From Octopus sinensis (taxonomy: Eukaryota), in NCBI RefSeq assembly GCF_006345805.1, contig NC_042997.1:128402001-128466000 (forward strand): a stretch of 64,000 bases of DNA. The letters run 5' to 3'. The notes beneath the pieces were generated by a model. It had not been told where the DNA came from. It was given only the letters and a program-made list of their open reading frames with translations, and ran no database searches. Both the position numbers and the translations under genes were made by a program. Positions within the stretch are counted from its first letter, which is position 1. Each line of letters starts with the position of its first letter. Positions 61,201 to 64,000 of this stretch are shown piece after piece.

Positions 61201-64000
61201 ACAGTTAAACTATTAGTAAACATACAAAAGTTAAATTCTGCTCCCATTACTTGCATTCAATTATAATAATAAAGCATCAATATCTCACGGTAAAATAAAT
61301 GTTTCTAATCTAGGTTTCTGAAAAATAATAAAACAGGAAAATTTTCATTTGGATTGTGTACATAAATACCTCTAGTTCTGTGATTCAAAGAATTGAAAGA
61401 CTGACTGAGCCAGAAGGAAATCATAGAGTGCAATTCTTGTACACAGTAAGAACTGTATTGAAAATATACTCTCACACACCCACACACATCATCATTGATA
61501 TATACATTCATCCATGTATGTTGAACAAATGCTTCAATAGAGATTTTTAGATTAAACTACAAAAAAGAAATAGATGTTTTTGTTTGATGCTTGGTGACAA
61601 AGTGTAAAAGAAGCATGCACTACATACAGCCTGCCATGGCTTGCTGTGCAACATGCAATGAATTTGAAAATAGTAATTATTTACAAAACAAACTAATGCT
61701 TAAACCATGAAGTGTACAGAAGGAAGGGAAGAAAATTCTATATATAGGTTGAAGAATTGAAAAATCATCATAAAATTTTTCTCTCCGCTCTATTCAGAAT
61801 TTATTACTAACAATTAGAATTATCTTAAATGTTGGTGAGGGGATGTATTTGAATGTGTGTTGTTGACTGTGAACCTTTTATATATTATGTTCTTGTGATT
61901 TCAGAGTTATCCTTCATTGAAATTCTTGGGCTAAATTTGTTTAGGCGTTCTTTGATTTCTTAGTTTTTGGAGATCTTGTTTTGTATATTATACCATATAT
62001 TATTACCGTGTGGTTGTCCTTCATTGACATTCAAATTCCAGTAAAGGTTATACTTGTATGCTGTAACCAGCAATATTTTCCCTTAAAATTTGGCAGCTCT
62101 TTTCACTTTCATTTCCCACTGGTTATGAAATAAAAACAATGTTAATTTGTTAATTAGGAAGCAGAACTTAAAGCTATAAGAAAATATGAGGCTGTGAAGT
62201 TCATACTTTCCCTAAAAACATTAACAATATAAAAGAAGCAATATCAAACAGGACTTGAAACTGGAATATATACCAATAAAAAATATTCAACATTAGAACT
62301 GCCTTCTTTCCAGAAATATGATAAAATCCAACACAAAAATTCAGTTATGTCACCTAATAAGTGTCACCTAGAAGTTTAGTTTTGAGGCAGTTTGTTTTTC
62401 CATATATTCTACCATCAAATGGGAATTTGAGTTCTTGTAATTAGTAGAAAGCTACAGCAATTAGCATTTACATTCGCCCTGTTTCATGGTTGCCTTTTTA
62501 ACTGACATTTCATTGAAACATTTCTTATGATGCTATCAGCATGAATCTAATTGGCTGTGAATATTTTGCTTTTCTCTTCTTTTTTATTTGTCTGTTTGTT
62601 TGTTTGTTGTTTTGGGAGTTTTCTTTGCTTTATTTTTCTATCCTTATTCACCACACCCTGTGTGTATATTATTTGAAGACCACCGGTTGATAAGCTCATA
62701 TTTTGTTGACTAGGTTTCCTTTGAAGTAACTAATTTATATTTTTCCAATAAATTACAACTTTATCAAGAAACAAGGAGATAAAATAGAAAATTTCCCAAA
62801 CAAAGGTTTAAAAACTGATAAAAATAAATATTTGCTTGAATGTTGACTTGCAAATTCTTAAAAGATTCCAACTTTGCATATAATTTTTTTTCAGCTAATT
62901 TTTTTCAGTCATTTTAATTAAGCAACATACCATTATTGTTTTTTTTAACCTAGTCTTTTAGGCAATATAATCTCTATTATTAAACAGCTTTCTGTGCAAC
63001 AGAATTGTCAGTCGTATTGTTTCTAAAACATATAGAGCAAGGAATAAAAGACTCCAGATATTGATGTTTACAAGCAACAATACTTTGGTATAATCATACA
63101 AAGCTTTCTAATTGTTATTTCATTCAGTCTTTCCTCTTTTCATTGCATTTTCTTTAGTCATTTTATCTCACTCTGGATTACAGTGGACTGAAGCCAAAGA
63201 AAGCTTGAAATATTTATTTAGATAATCCCCTTTCTAAGTCTGTTATGAACTCTGTTACATTCTAACAAGTAAACCAACAAAGGAGCTATGTAGATGTTCA
63301 AACTACTAGAAGTAACAGCCAAATCTCTCATATTGTACCTTGATAATTTAGTTATAGATACACTAAAACTGAACTTTTTTGTTGTATCTCACCATCCCTT
63401 AACATGTTTACTCTTGAGGACAAAACTAGCGTACTCTCTACCTAGTGTATCACTGCTATAATACATTATATTATGTTTTCCAGAATTGCACCCTCTTAAA
63501 CTTATACCCTGTAACCTGTACTTCTATATCTTATGAAATTCTTCTCCGCAATGATCATTAGTCCTTTTCCATGTGTACCTGTCATACTACTATGTTAATT
63601 TCTGCATTAACTGTCCGAGTGTCATAGTCAGTAAACTGAGAGAGGCTTCACAAATTATGCAAAGCTCTTCCTATCCTCACTCCCCCTAACTAACCAAAAA
63701 TACAAGAATCTGCTAGAATAACAGAAATAAAAGAATAATATTTTGAGATTCATAACACTAGAATTTTGTAAATATTGCTTATTCTGTTCCACCAAATACT
63801 ACATTGTTAATAAAATTCATCTCATACATTCTTAATAGAATTTTCTTCCTGTTCATATTTTAACAAATTCAAATTTACTTAATGACACCTTGCTGCATAT
63901 AATTTGATGCTCTGTCCCCTTTGCAAATATCAAATGTTTGATATTTCTCATAGATGGCTATGCAAAACTCAATAAACTTCACCTAGAATTTTGACTATTT

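Overview
AT-rich eukaryotic non-coding DNA packed with microsatellites ((TA)n, (CA)n, (TAA)n, (CAT)n, (CT)n) and transposon debris. The SINE/LINE families look like those of octopod cephalopods (Octopus-like); this is my recognition, not a database match. No complete protein-coding gene can be assembled, and most of the ORF track is translation of microsatellites or repeats. Recognisable content: many tRNA-headed SINEs, several RTE-clade LINE 3' fragments, Hero- and R4/Dong-type RLE LINE fragments, a CR1/Jockey-group remnant, a dismembered Penelope-like element (RT, linker, GIY-YIG), two decayed mariners, a MULE-type foldback derivative, a Helitron remnant and piggyBac-type MITEs. The most unusual items are: (1) a strong AG|GTAAGT recursive-splice-site / RS-exon architecture at 35831-35904 on +, suggesting the window lies in a very long intron; (2) a 304-bp apparently perfect inverted duplication (40926-41229 / 42244-42547) whose second copy sits inside a (CTT)n tract; (3) decayed hammerhead-ribozyme-like motifs; (4) several foldback hairpins and inverted SINE pairs that could form dsRNA. 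Coordinates of decayed repeats are approximate (about +/-20-50 bp).
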